A stretch of 63,810 nt of DNA, filler included, from Octopus bimaculoides (lineage: Eukaryota): the NCBI RefSeq assembly GCF_001194135.2. It is 5 parts of 5 records of this genome, joined end to end, with 100 filler letters (N's around TTAATTAATTAA, not from the genome) between each part and the next. Parts side by side here need not be neighbours in the genome. Positions count along the whole stretch, not along the records: positions 1 to 24,301 come from NC_068988.1; positions 24,402 to 48,649 come from NC_068982.1; 3 more parts are not named here. One strand, 5' to 3'. The notes under the pieces were generated by a model. That model worked only from the letters and a program-made list of their open reading frames with translations, did not search any database and was not told the DNA's origin. The position numbers and the translations under genes are program-made. This document shows, piece after piece, positions 13,553 to 26,498 of the stretch (positions within the stretch are counted from its first letter, which is position 1; each line of letters begins with the position of its first letter).

Positions 13553-15559
13553 TACATCACATACCGCATATATTTTAAGCGACAAAAAGAAAATCTGGTA
13601 AACAGTTTGGTAACAGCATAGCTTGTTATTTTGGAAAGAGGATTCTATATGTCCTGTGGCTTTCGATTATTAAAATTACCAAAAATGTGCAAAGATATTT
13701 ATTGATTTATGATGAAAAGGATTTTCATGTCAATGATTACTTTAGAAAGCTACATCAATACACCAAATACGATATCATTTCGAAAAAATATTGAAGAATT
13801 TGACAAGTGGCAACCAAACATAAAAGATCCGGAACAAGATCGGGAGTGTACGGACTGTCAAGTAGATAGTTACCAGTATAGAATTTTGAGAAGCAGTATT
13901 TTCTAGGGTGTGACAAGTAGTTTAGAAGGGTGTGTTTCAGTAGTCTGCTTCAATTTGAAATAAAAATAACTGTTGACAGATCATATTCTTAAGAGTGTAC
14001 TAACAATATACTAAAATTACAATAAATTATGGCATTTTTACAGTTTCTTCTACAAAGTCTGGCAATCTCTAGAATGCACCTCATGTTTCTAAATTATACC
14101 AGTTGAGATTCTATGAAATAGACTTCACTGAGTTTAAGCAACGGTGAAAAATAAACGTTGTCATACTAAAACGTTATGAGTATGACTGTATGGAGAGAAG
14201 TGACATTTCTCATTAATGATAACACCTGCTGTGCATTAACAATAATCTTTAGGAATTATATTATAAAGTTGTAGTGTATTGTCAACTTAATGTGACAATC
14301 CCAAGAAGGGACCACACTACTGCCGTTTAGCCCTAGGAAGCTGGACGGCTTCCTGTCGGCCTTGACACAATTACTGTGTCCTTAAGTTTGCGAGGGGAAG
14401 ACAAGCTCCACCAAAGCTNNNNNNNNNNNNNNNNNNNNNNNNNNNNNNNNNNNNNNNNNNNNNNNNNNNNNNNNNNNNNNNNNNNNNNNNNNNNNNNNNN
14501 NNNNNNNNNNNNNNNNNNNNNNNNNNNNNNNNNNNNNNNNNNNNNNNNNNNNNNNNNNNNNNNNNNNNNNNNNNNNNNNNNNNNNNNNNNNNNNNNNNNN
14601 NNNNNNNNNNNNNNNNNNNNNNNNNNNNNNNNNNNNNNNNNNNNNNNNNNNNNNNNNNNNNNNNNNNNNNNNNNNNNNNNNNNNNNNNNNNNNNNNNNNN
14701 NNNNNNNNNNNNNNNNNNNNNNNNNNNNNNNNNNNNNNNNNNNNNNNNNNNNNNNNNNNNNNNNNNNNNNNNNNNNNNNNNNNNNNNNNNNNNNNNNNNN
14801 NNNNNNNNNNNNNNNNNNNNNNNNNNNNNNNNNNNNNNNNNNNNNNNNNNNNNNNNNNNNNNNNNNNNNNNNNNNNNNNNNNNNNNNNNNNNNNNNNNNN
14901 NNNNNNNNNNNNNNNNNNNNNNNNNNNNNNNNNNNNNNNNNNNNNNNNNNNNNNNNNNNNNNNNNNNNNNNNNNNNNNNNNNNNNNNNNNNNNNNNNNNN
15001 NNNNNNNNNNNNNNNNNNNNNNNNNNNNNNNNNNNNNNNNNNNNNNNNNNNNNNNNNNNNNNNNNNNNNNNNNNNNNNNNNNNNNNNNNNNNNNNNNNNN
15101 NNNNNNNNNNNNNNNNNNNNNNNNNNNNNNNNNNNNNNNNNNNNNNNNNNNNNNNNNNNNNNNNNNNNNNNNNNNNNNNNNNNNNNNNNNNNNNNNNNNN
15201 GGTGGTGATCTCTGTGGTGGTGGTGGTGGTTGTGGTGGTAGTGGTGGTACCGGTGGTGGTTGTAGTGGTGGTGGTTGTGGTGGTTGTGGTGGTGGTGGTG
15301 GTGGTGGTGATATTGATGTTTAAACTTATATTTGTTGAAAATGCCCAAGCATTACAAGAGTTGTCATAATAAATGTGATACGAAAGGTGGGCATGTCTGA
15401 CATGCACACGCATATATTCACATGCAAACATGTACACACATATATGTATACGTATAAGAGACAAAGCGCACACACACCGCTGCCAGCTTAATTCTATTCG
15501 TCCTTAGTCGAAAGACATCTGTCGTTATGTCCTGTTTTTATTCTTACTGTATTTGTGTA

Positions 15560-15830
15560 ACATTGTTCGTTTTTTCCCGTCCTTGTTTTTGTATACATTC
15601 GCTGCTTTCTTCCAAGGAATCTAATGCTCTTAGGTTAGTTTTTCCTTGGGGCTGGCCAGATTGGAGCAATATCGAGAATAACCAGCCGAAATTGCAAAGA
15701 TAATCTGGATCTCGACTGAAGAGAGAAAACTCTGAATGACATGTCTGTGTTTTCTTTGTATCGTCCATCTGGATGTTTTGTCCCTTTCTTGTATCACCTA
15801 ACTGTCTGGATATTTTTGCGTTCTTGTCCC
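15560..15830 (-). mobile_element. Possible CR1-like LINE RT C-terminal relic
   Basis: Frameshifted RLVILDIAPIWP...KQRMYTK resembles the LEYxSPIWSP...LExIQRxxTK region. Confidence 0.35.
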
Positions 15831-16532
15831 ATTCTGTATTATATATATAAATAAATAAATATATATANNNNNNNNNNNNNNNNNNNNNNNNNNNNNNNNN
15901 NNNNNNNNNNNNNNNNNNNNNNNNNNNNNNNNNNNNNNNNNNNNNNNNNNNNNNNNNNNNNNNNNNNNNNNNNNNNNNNNNNNNNNNNNNNNNNNNNNNN
16001 NNNNNNNNNNNNNNNNNNNNNNNNNNNNNNNNNNNNNNNNNNNNNNNNNNNNNNNNNNNNNNNNNNNNNNNNNNNNNNNNNNNNNNNNNNNNNNNNNNNN
16101 NNNNNNNNNNNNNNNNNNNNNNNNNNNNNNNNNNNNNNNNNNNNNNNNNNNNNNNNNNNNNNNNNNNNNNNNNNNNNNNNNNNNNNNNNNNNNNNNNNNN
16201 NNNNNNNNNNNNNNNNNNNNNNNNNNNNNNNNNNNNNNNNNNNNNNNNNNNNNNNNNNNNNNNNNNNNNNNNNNNNNNNNNNNNNNNNNNNNNNNNNNNN
16301 NNNNNNNNNNNNNNNNNNNNNNNNNNNNNNNNNNNNNNNNNNNNNNNNNNNNNNNNNATTTTGATTTGAAGAGATTTATAAATAATGTTGAAAGAGGAAT
16401 GGAGAATGAAAGTAAGAAAGAGATTAACGAATTTGTGAGCCAAATGGGATTCGATGAAAATAAGTCATACGAAGTAAAATAATCCAGAGAAATAGTGAAC
16501 GAAACACAAGATATAAACTGATTTCTCCGAAG

Positions 16533-16640
16533 GGGCAGATATGGATGTGTGGTAGGAAGTTCGCTTCCCAACCATATGCTCCTAGGTTCACTCCTCCTGC
16601 AGCTTGTGCGAGTCTTCTTCTATAGCCATGGGCCGGCTAA

Positions 16641-16691
<51 letters not shown>

Positions 16692-16720
16692 AAACGTGTA
16701 TGTGTGTGTATATGTGATTA
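16533..16720 (+). mobile_element. SINE family A, 5' part
   Basis: Diverged head TGTGTGGTAGGAAGTTCGCTTCCCAACC followed by (CA)n. Confidence 0.65.
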
Positions 16721-17479
16721 TACAACACCTTTGTAGGTGTAGGTGACTATACAACATCTTTCTTCACCATGCTATGCACGTAGGCAATGCCAAAGTAGAT
16801 TTTTAAGACTTATAAATCGCTATTGTCATCGTTACGTCGCCTGTGAATCACAAGACACTGGGAGAAGGCTTGAGCATACACAACCGAATCCTAGTGAAGG
16901 CAACAAGCAAAATGATGACACCACTCGGATTAATCTTGCATATTACAAAACGCAATGAGTGTACCTTTGGTCAAGCTTGGAGGGAAAGAAGAGTAATAAA
17001 CTGACGCAGTGGGAGTGGGTGTCGCTAACAGATGCTAAAGCAGACGACAGCGTTTATAGGGTTTACTCCGAAGACCCCGCTATTTTAATCAAAATAAACA
17101 CTAAATTTTTATCGTAAATTGCATTTTCATTTCATCAGTTTCTCTCTATCCCTCTCTCCCATTTTCTCTGTCTGCCTGTCTCTCCCTCCTCTCTCTCTCT
17201 CACACACACAATTATATATATGAAATTATATATTAAACACATTTGTTTTCAAAATATTATCGCTCAGATAACGTATATATAAATGTTATGTGCAGGATAA
17301 AGATAGATAATGTATTGTTGCGTGATAAGAAATTCAACAAACAGGTACTCCATCAGGTGAGAAATAAATATTATCTATTTAAAGGAGACTAAACATGTAT
17401 TAAAGCGCTATTAATAGTTTCGATGTTGAGAAATACTCAAGCATATTCTTCAGGACCTTAGGTAGTGGGTAGCGATTTT

Positions 17480-17950
17480 CTTCACTACTTCAGGGAGTGA
17501 CGACCCTGGATGACACGATCCACAGGCTCAGCTGGCTCCGGCTGACAGTTCCCGGTATGGGCCCTTATCCAGGTTTACGGAAAGGAGACAACCATCAAAG
17601 AAATCCGGAGTGGAGCCTCGTGGGCAGTTTAGTGTTCGACTCGACACTCTTCCGACAGCTCCTGCAACCAAGCTGGTGCCAAACATAATGCTCTGCACTC
17701 CTTTGGACTAGGTCAGTAAGGTCGNNNNNNNNNNTGCCAAACATAATGCTCTGCACTCCTTTGGACTAGGTCAGTAAGGTCGAGAGAGGAATCCTGACGA
17801 TTGGGCTACCCAGGATTTTCTTACATGTAGCCTAGTCCTGCGCAAAACTGGAGAGGACATGAAATGTAAAAACCAGACTGGATTAGTTTATGCGCAACTC
17901 CATTGTCTTCCGGGACAAAAGGATACCAACAACTCTTCAGGCTCAAACCA
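17480..17950 (+). mobile_element. Probable RTE-type LINE 5' UTR fragment
   Basis: GC-rich block CAGCTCCTGCAACCAAGCTGGTGCCAAAC...CTGCGCAAAACTGGAG, recalled as RTE 5' UTR-like; no ORF follows. Confidence 0.5.
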
Positions 17951-18006
17951 CATATGAAACTATTAGTAGCGCTTTAATACATAAACAACACTCTTTAACT
18001 AATTAG

Positions 18007-18051
<45 letters not shown>

Positions 18052-19471
18052 TCACTTTTCCTTTTCGATTTTGTCTTTTTTCTATGTTTTCCCTTTCTAT
18101 TATAAAACCTTATCTCATTTTCCAAGTAAAGGATAATATATTTTACTAACTTCATTGATCTAAAATACGTAAATAAACATACGTGCACGCGCACACATTC
18201 AAACACTCACACACGCATACGTATGCATCTGCATATATTCGGCCGCATGGCTGTAGCATGTAAAAGTGTAAAAGAGTAAATATATTATGCATATAAATGT
18301 ATATAAATGTATATATATANNNNNNNNNNNNNNNNNNNNNNNNNNNNNNNNNNNNNNNNNNNNNNNNNNATATATATATATATGTATGTATGTATGTATA
18401 TATATATGCAGATAGATAGATAAATAGGCAGATACATATATGCATATATATATATATATATACATACACACACATGTGCATATATGTGTATACTTTTATG
18501 TATGTATTTATATGCACATATATATGGATGTATATGTACATATGTGTGCTTGTGTGTGTGTGTGTAAGTGCATGCGCGCATGTGTGTGAGTGTGTGGGTG
18601 TGAGTGCGTGCATGTGTGTATACACATACTTTCATTATAGGGGTGATATTTTGAACCGAGGCCTTACAATCATATCTGTGTTATCAAGTGCTTCAAGTCT
18701 GTGTATGTACATATATTTACTTGCTTGCAGACTTTTATTAATTATTTTCTATTATAAATAAAACCTATTGCGTTTTTGACGATACGGGAATGCTAGAACA
18801 TAATACCATAAAAATGTCTCATCTCAGAATACACAGAATTGTATACATACATATACTTTTTGAATGATGCTTGAAACAAATTGGGCGCAGAATTGATATG
18901 CGTTGATTGAATAAAAATATATACATACACTTGACATGGTACTTCTATTTAAGACAAACAACAAAGGATTGTTTGTATTCGTAACTACATACGTACCTAG
19001 GTATCTATGAATGACTGAATGAATTGTACTGTCAGACCAGACAGACGGACCGAGAATCCGAGACAAAGTGTAGGTGGCTTCTATGAGGAAAGATATATAT
19101 TCTGACAACACATCACATTATAGACCGTGTAAGAATATATCTACAGTGTTCAATCAGCGTATTAATCCTCATTACCTCAAACCAAAATATTTCATAGATT
19201 GTTCTCATTGATGTAACTAAATAACCTACTGTTTATGTATACATAGGAACTTTATGTGTGAATCTAGATTGAGTTTTCGATTCGTATATAACAGTGACTC
19301 ACTGTCTTGCAGTACACTTCACGCTTCTTACGTTTTGCTTTTACTCTTATATATTCCTTAAACACTAATGACATTTCTTTAACATTGGTTGCCTTAAACT
19401 AATGTTGTTTTCTGATATATATTCTTACTATGAATCTATTTATATATTAGAGTGAGCAAAACTAAAATTTT

Positions 19472-19653
19472 TTTCTACTCTAGGCACAAGTCCCGAAATT
19501 TTGTGGGAGGGAGCCAGCCGATTACATCGACCCCAGTACGCAACTGGTACTTAATTTATCGAGCCCGAAGGGATGAAAGGCAAAGTCGATCTCGGCGGAT
19601 TTTGAACTCAGAAAGTAGACAGACGAAATACCGCTATGCATTTCGTCCGGTGC
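19472..19653 (-). mobile_element. SINE family D
   Basis: CTACTCTAGGCACAAG...GGATGAAAGGCAAAGTCGATCTCGGCGGATTTTGAACTC. Confidence 0.88.
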
Positions 19654-19866
19654 CTGTGAATACATACATAATACATACATATATATATATATANNNNNNN
19701 NNNNNNNNNNNNNNNNNNNNNNNNNNNNNNNNNNNNNNNNNNNNNNNNNNNNNNNNNNNNNNNNNNNNNNNNNNNNNNNNNNNNNNNNNNNNNNNNNNNN
19801 NNNNNNNNNNNNNNNNNNNNNNNNNNNNNNNNNNNNNNNNNNNNNNNNNNNNNNNNNNNNNNNNNN

Positions 19867-19898
<32 letters not shown>

Positions 19899-19902
19899 GT
19901 GT

Positions 19903-19935
<33 letters not shown>

Positions 19936-21181
19936 AGCAGAAAGATAGATAGATATATTTATGTGTGTATGTGTATATATACATACATACATACATACAC
20001 ACATACATGTCCTTGATTTCCTTTTAACAAACAAATTAGTTGAATTAGTGAAAAAGAAGCTAAAATTATGATAGCGTTCCTAGTAATTACTCCTATAAAT
20101 ACTAATCGCACCATTACAAGCAAAGACTTAGCCATCTACTTACTTCGTAAGTTATTTAATCAAATTAAAATCATGGCTAGTCCATTAACGCTGTAGTACA
20201 CTTCCGTTAATTTATTAGCAATATTCAGAACTTGGTCCACTAATTTGGCATCCTGTGGCGTCGCTCTGTAGTTGCTCTTATTTTCTTTGTTAGTGTGCTT
20301 GTAAGCGATAACTATAATGCTATAATATATCAATTATGCGTTTCTAAACTCTGCTCCAGAAGTAAAATAAAAATGCATTGTTGTCTATATTACTATTGAC
20401 TGCGAATATTGTGGAGCACTTAATAGATAATATTAAATCATGGAAACAATGTATTTCATCTTTATATGATGCATAATTCCATGATGTAATATATAAATTG
20501 CGACCCATTTAATAAAGTTTATGCTTACATCTCAAGCAGTAATGTTTTTCGTTACGTAAGAAATATAACTGATGCAGAATATTAATTCATTATATACATC
20601 TCATCACTTTACATATCATCACCACATATAATAATGTTTGTTCAGTGCGTGTATGTGTGTGCGGGGGTGGGGGTGCAGAGTAGAGGAAGAATTTCAAGAA
20701 TTCTAGTTAATTCAGTCTGTTTTAGACAGTAGGTCAGAAACGTCTCTGCTGTATTCGAATCTTTAGTAATTGGACGGAAATAAGCATTAATATTAATGAT
20801 TTATAGATACATGGTATTTTGTTATGAACCATATTATACTATAAGGTATATTAAATGTTTTTATAAGATAATACCACGTTCTACTGGGTTAGCAGTGCGG
20901 TGCGATATTATATTATTTGGTAAAGTTTTTTTTTTATTTCTACAGATATTCTATAGATATTATAGGTAGCATTCATTTTTGCTACCGCGTTTCGTATACC
21001 AGACGTCAGATGTAAACAAACAATGAGATCGAAAAGTAAAAATGGGTAACGTGCGTATATGCATATTTCGGGTGTTTTTGTCCCTTCGTCAGCACCTATT
21101 TAATTTATTAATCATCCTCGAACAGATTGCTGAAATAGCCACTAAATACAGCGCTGCTAGATACAGGAGGAAAGAGTTAGA

Positions 21182-21345
21182 GAAAGTTGTGGCGCGAGAG
21201 TCAGCAGAAGTTCGCCATAATCCCTTCTGTCGGAGCCACGTGGATCTTCGCTGTTTCGCTCATGAACACACACATCGTCCGGTCTGCGATTCGAACTCGC
21301 AACCCTTCGACTGCGAGTCCGCTGCTCTAACGACTAGTTCATGTA
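21182..21345 (-). mobile_element. SINE family B-like, 5' part, diverged
   Basis: GATTCGAACTCGCAACCCTTCGACTGCGAGTCCGCTGCTCTAAC tRNA-like head. Confidence 0.7.
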
Positions 21346-22116
21346 CCTGAACTTCAATATTTACTCCCTATACACACACACACACATATATATAGACATA
21401 TATATATATACATATTATACATATACATATATATTATATATACATATAAGCATACATACATGTTATATATATGTTTGTATGTGTGTATATATATATATAT
21501 ATATGTCTGTCTGTGTGTGTGTGTATATATATACATCATCTCAGTATTAATGAATATTCTCTAGAGGAAAATGAAGTACGTTTTCTAGTATGTGCAATTG
21601 TTAGTGAGTGAGTATGTGCATTTGTGTGCGTGTGAGTTTGTATGTGAGTGTGTTTGTGTGTGTGCCTGTCTGTTTGTGTGGATGTCAGTGTGTGTGCGTG
21701 CGCGTGTGTGTGTATTTCTTAGACCAGTATTTAGGCTAATTAAGAAATGTTAAACCTCATAGTTGTTTATGTTCATCACAGGGCTATCCTTATGCATATC
21801 TGTCTTCCTGTGTTTGTTGTTACTGGCATTGTAATGGCTTGTCAAATATTCGAGATTATCAAGTGATAAATGAAAATTCTTGCCAAGAAAGTGTCAGAAA
21901 GACAATTTACTAAAGTGCATGGGTTTATGAATTTATTTACTACAAGTTCTTGAATTCGTTACATACTTTTTTCTACTTGTCATTGCATTAGTTGTTCATT
22001 ACGATGTTTGAAAATGCTGCTTCCACTGTAAATATAATATCGCTGATAAATATCTTTGAAAAAAGAAGCACCGGACTTGATCAGCCTTTTAATTATTCTA
22101 TTACTAGTACAGAAAT

Positions 22117-22509
22117 GTGGAGGAGCAATGGCCTAGTGGTTAGGGCAGTGGACTCGCGGTCATAGGATCGCTGTTTCGATTCACAGACCGGGCGTTGTGA
22201 GTGTTTATTGAGCGAAAACACCTAAAGCTCCACGAGGCTCCAGCAGGGGGTGGTTGCGAACCCTGCTGTACTCTTTCACCACAACTTTCTCTCACTCTTT
22301 CTTCCTGTTTCTGTTGTGCCTGTAATTCAAAGGGTCAGCCTTATCACACTGTGTCACGCTGAATATGCCCGAGAACTACGTTAAGGGTACACGTGTCTGT
22401 GGAGTGCTCAGCCACTTGCACGTTAATTTCATGAGCAGGCTGTTCCGTTGATCGGATCAACTGGAACCTTCGACGTCGTAAGCGACGAAGTGCCAACAAC
22501 AACAACAAC
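22117..22509 (+). mobile_element. SINE family B, full length with TSD
   Basis: tRNA-like head (TGGCCTAGTGGTTAGGGC A box; GTTTCGATTC B box), (CAA)n tail, perfect 11-bp TSD AGTACAGAAAT at 22106-22116 and 22510-22520. Confidence 0.95.
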
Positions 22510-23129
22510 AGTACAGAAATACGACATTGAATATATCAGAGTTTTAGTTCTATACTATGATGAGTTTTCCGAAAAGCTGCTTGCAATTTCTAGTAACTAA
22601 ATTGTCACCTTGGAGACATGGTAATAAGTGAAGTTTTATCCATTATTCCTAGGTGGATCTTGCACTAAATTTTTCTACACGTGTTTTGTTTTTAAAAACA
22701 ATTTTGAAGTGATTGAGGTTGATGTGGTAGCAAATTTTCTACATGTTGTTTGTCCATGTAATGGCTTTGTTATCAGCAGAAATTGAAGTATGGAAACGTG
22801 TGTATAAGTTATGAATGAGGCAGTGGGTAAATATTATCAGATTTGCTCGTGGAGTCCTTGTTGTATTAAAAAAGTGTGTTGTGAAAATAACTGCATATGT
22901 TGCGCTGTAGGATGATTCTTATAAACATAGTCTTGAAAATTTATGGGAATTTGCTTCATGGATATAGATGAACCGTTGCTGCGTCGGTAAAAAAATTTAT
23001 CTATGGGGTGTATTGAAGAAAAAAAACTTGACGAAATGTGGATACTGGGTGTCTACATCTCTAAGTTATTATTTTTTTAATATGGAATAAGTGACAGAAA
23101 GAGTATAGGGTAATTTCCATGACGAGTGA

Positions 23130-23300
23130 ATTAGCTAACATCTTGGACAATGATCGCCTTCATAGTAAAGTTGACAGGAGGGTTATAAATGACCTATTGT
23201 CTTTCTTTTCTTTTTTTTTTTACTATCAACTTTATGCTGACGAAGAAATAATTCTGAAATGTTAGATATTCTATATCGCATGGCAATTTCACATACACCT
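23130..23300 (+). mobile_element. Possible LINE RT relic
   Basis: VINDLLS...LYADE resembles the FINDL...LYADD RT motif; interrupted by a poly-T run. Confidence 0.3.
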
Positions 23301-23993
23301 TCAGTCAATTTTTCCAAATGTGCACGAGTTAAGCAAAAATTGGAAGAGCTAAAACCTTCGGCACTTTCAGAAAAATATAAAAATGTATTTTGTAAACCGG
23401 TGAATGAACCATTAATGACTTATTAATTATATTGTTGTAAACGCTGAGTCGACAGAACGATCGGTTTAAGTAGTTTATATTTATGCAAAACGTTATTAAT
23501 TTAGAAAATTTTACTGGAGCCGAGCGCTTTAGATTAAGTGCTAAATTTAGGACGAATTTTGACCCCAAAGTAATTTCGATATTACTTGACGAATGTTAAA
23601 TTCAAATATTTGGATAGTATTTCTGTAAAATACAAAAAACGGTAGAATATCCCGTTTCTTTTCCTTGACATTTAAGAAATAACGCCAAAAGCATCTTATA
23701 AAAGATTTATGGAACTAAGGCAGCCAGACTGGCATACCCAAAAACACATTAGAAAATTGTGCATGAGTATGGGTGTGTGCATGTGTGCGAATATTCTTAT
23801 ATGTAAGTCTTTATGAATTTGTGTTTGTGAGAATGTGTGTATATGCATTAGTGTATTTCTATACATTTATGATTGTGTGTTTGTGTGTCAGTGTGTTGTT
23901 TGGTGTGCGTATGTATGTACATAGGTAAGTGTATTTAGATTGCTTAATGAGTATGTGTTTGTGTGCGTCAGCATTTTTATTAGTTTGAGCATA

Positions 23994-24301
23994 TACTCTT
24001 TTACTCTTTTACTTGTTTCAGTCTTTTGACTGTGGCCATGCTGGAGCACCGCCTTTTAGTCGAGCAAATCGACCCCAGGACTTATTCTTTAGAAGCCTAG
24101 TACTTATTCTATCGATCTCTTTTGCCGAACCGCTAGGTTACGGGGACATAAACACACCAGCATCGGTTGTCAAGCGATGTTGGGGGGACAAACACACACA
24201 TACAAACATACACACACACATACATATATATATACATATATACGACGGGCTTCTTTCAGTTTCTGTCTACCAAATCCACTCACAAGGCTTTGGTCGGCCC
24301 G
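23994..24301 (-). mobile_element. SINE family A, 3' part running into a gap
   Basis: Reverse complement of the family A body and tail (TACTCTTTTACTTGTTTCAGTC...CAAGGCTTTGGTCGGCCCG). Confidence 0.9.
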
Positions 24302-24401
24302 NNNNNNNNNNNNNNNNNNNNNNNNNNNNNNNNNNNNNNNNNNNNTTAATTAATTAANNNNNNNNNNNNNNNNNNNNNNNNNNNNNNNNNNNNNNNNNNN
24401 N
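24302..24401. other. Assembly gap with TTAATTAATTAA spacer
   Basis: 44 N + TTAATTAATTAA + 44 N; the same construct occurs at 48650-48749, 56694-56793 and 62198-62297. Confidence 0.95.
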
Positions 24402-24470
<69 letters not shown>

Positions 24471-24659
24471 TATGTAAGTAAATATGTATGTATATTCATA
24501 TGTATAAATCATCCAAGCATCCTCAATGCAAACCAATAGTAAACACATTTACAAAGTCGTTTGGTCAGATGGAAATATCAGTTAAATCCGAACATCTAAA
24601 AACTAAAATAACTCTTCATAACGATATCTTCATTAAACAGGTTTTACTCTCTTTTTCAG

Positions 24660-24791
24660 TTCATGATGTTGCTGTTTTGGAACTGTCTCAAAAAGTACGT
24701 TTAGGCAGATGTGTTTCTCCACTTAAACTCCCAAACAAAGGAGACACCTATTATGGTACATGTACTGCCGCCGGATGGGGTCAAACAGGAA
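24660..24791 (+). CDS. S1A serine protease, internal exon carrying catalytic Asp102
   Basis: Acceptor ctctttttcag ends 24659; reads HDVAVLELSQKVRLGRCVSPLKLPNKGDTYYGTCTAAGWGQTG; donor GTAAGA at 24792. Phase 1 at both ends. HDVAVL (D102) and CTAAGWG motifs. Confidence 0.93.
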
Positions 24792-25015
24792 GTAAGACTT
24801 AAGATTATTTTTAAAATTTCTATATTAAATCTGAATACTTTTCATTCGAATATTTACTTTCCTAAAATGACAACAATTATTTACTTAAAATAATGATTAC
24901 AAAATTTGCTTTGTATGATATGTTTTGCTTTCAAGGATGCATTTGTTTATGATATGAATTTTACTGATGTATATCACTATGTCTAGTCTTTTATTGTTGG
25001 TCAACTAGTTAAGTT

Positions 25016-25470
25016 GGCGTGCTAGCAGAATCGTTGGCACGTCGGGCAAAATGCTTCTCCGTCTTTATGTTTTGAGTTCAAATTCTGCCGGTTTAGACTT
25101 TGCCTTTCATCCTTTCAGTGGAGGTGCGTGGCTTAGTGGTTAGGGTGTCAGCATCATGATCGTAAGATTTTGGTTTCGATTCTTGGACCGGGCGACGCGT
25201 TGTGTTCTTGAGTAAAACACTTCATTTTCACGTTGCTCCAGTCCACTCAGTAACGCTGTGAGTAACACTGTGATGGACTGGCGTCCCGTCCCGCTGGGGA
25301 ACACGTACGCCATTGAAACCGGGAAACCGGGCCCATGAGCCTGGCTAGGCTTTAAAAGGGCGCATTTGATTTTCATCCTTTCGTGGTCGATAAAATAAGC
25401 ACAAGAGTCGATGTAATTAACTTAATCACTTCGCAGAAAATTGCTGATCCTATACCAAAAGTTAAAATCA
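25016..25470 (+). mobile_element. SINE family D, split by the family C insertion
   Basis: GGCGTGCTAGCAGAATCGTTGGCACGTCGGGC...GAGTTCAAATTC...CTTTGCCTTTCATCC, resuming after 25382 with GTGGTCGATAAAATAAG. Confidence 0.82.
25118..25367 (+). mobile_element. SINE family C nested inside a family D element
   Basis: Head GTGGAGGTGCGTGGCTTAGTGGTTAGGG; 12-bp TSD TTTCATCCTTTC at 25105-25116 and 25371-25382. Confidence 0.92.
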
Positions 25471-25935
25471 TTATTCGCCAACTCGTTAACCATTCAACCG
25501 AATTAGAGTTCAATTGTTTGACGAAACGTTTAGCCAATAAACCAATGGGTTAGACCCCCCACCTCCAGAATCCTTTTGTTGCTATTTCCATTCGTGAGAG
25601 GTCATGTCAGTGATTCGGTCGTGAATGGCGACAAATGAACTCTGAAGAACCTATTTAACTGATTGATAGGCAGAAAGATAAATTAAAAAATCGATTTAAT
25701 TCGTTAACTAGGTGAATATCAATAATAAAAGAAGTGAAATAAATCCAGTGCGTGTGATTATTTTCGGTATATTGACCCTTCCGAGATATCATAGAACCTG
25801 TTGCAATACACGTGTCCACATCAAGAATGAATCTTGTAAGCCAAGTACGGAAACGAAATATGGTTTTGAGGTTTGTGGAAAGAGAACGTTATGGTTATTG
25901 AATATTAATATCTCGATAAAAAGTTCAAGTAAATA

Positions 25936-26351
25936 GGCGTAGGAGTGGCTGTGTGGTAAGTAGCTTGATTACGAACCACATGGTTCCGGGTTCAGTTCCA
26001 CTGTGTGGCACCTTGAGCAAGTGTCTTTCAACTATAACCTCGGGCCGACCAAAGCCTTGTGAGTAGATTTGGTAGACGGAAACCGAAAGAAGCCCGTCGT
26101 ATATATGTATATATATGTACGTATGTATATGTGTGTATATGTTTGTGTGTCTGTGTTCGTCCTCCCCCCAGCATCTCTTAACAACCGATGTTGTTGTTTT
26201 TACGTCCCCGTAACTTAGCGATTCGGTAAAAGAAGCCGATCGAATACTACGAGGCTTACAACGAATAAGTCCTGGGGTCGATTTGCTCGACTAAAGGCGG
26301 TGCTCCAGCATGGCTACAGTCAAATGACTGAAACAAGTAAAAAAGTAAAAG
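25936..26351 (+). mobile_element. SINE family A, full length, in a protease intron
   Basis: GGCGTAGGAGTGGCTGTGTGGTAAG head with B box GGTTCAGTTCC; flanked by AGTAAATA at 25928-25935 and 26352-26359 (probable TSD). Confidence 0.92.
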
Positions 26352-26498
26352 AGTAAATAGTAAGAAAATATATGAATAAATTAAAAAGGTAACAATGGTG
26401 GAAATTTAGGAGGTTATTAATTGTGGCAATTGGGATTTTTTTTTTCACGCAGAGATAATTATACATTCGTGTATTTCATTTACGTCATTCTATTACAG

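Noticed and set aside
14290-14418. Hairpin-rich block tested as an HDV-like ribozyme (CCCTCGC loop on the minus strand)
   Set aside because: P3 pairs poorly and no P1 complement follows; it is cut by a gap and probably a repeat fragment.
17677-17782. Perfect 48-bp tandem duplication
   Set aside because: The copies flank a 10-N gap exactly; unmerged overlapping contig ends.
20094-20152. TATAAAT followed by a GTAAGT donor as protease exon 1
   Set aside because: No ATG or signal peptide, and such motifs are common in AT-rich DNA; needs transcript data.
20410-20445. CGA-L-IDN-like reading as the protease CGGSLI exon
   Set aside because: Needs a frameshift, has in-frame stops and no TAAHC.
22117-22190. 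tRNA genes at SINE heads (also 25118, 25936, 39890-39962)
   Set aside because: A/B boxes are present but acceptor stems do not close and each continues into a repeat body.
24346-24357. TTAATTAATTAA islands inside gaps (also 48694, 56738, 62242)
   Set aside because: Identical 44N-12-44N construct giving stops in all six frames; an assembly spacer, not biology.
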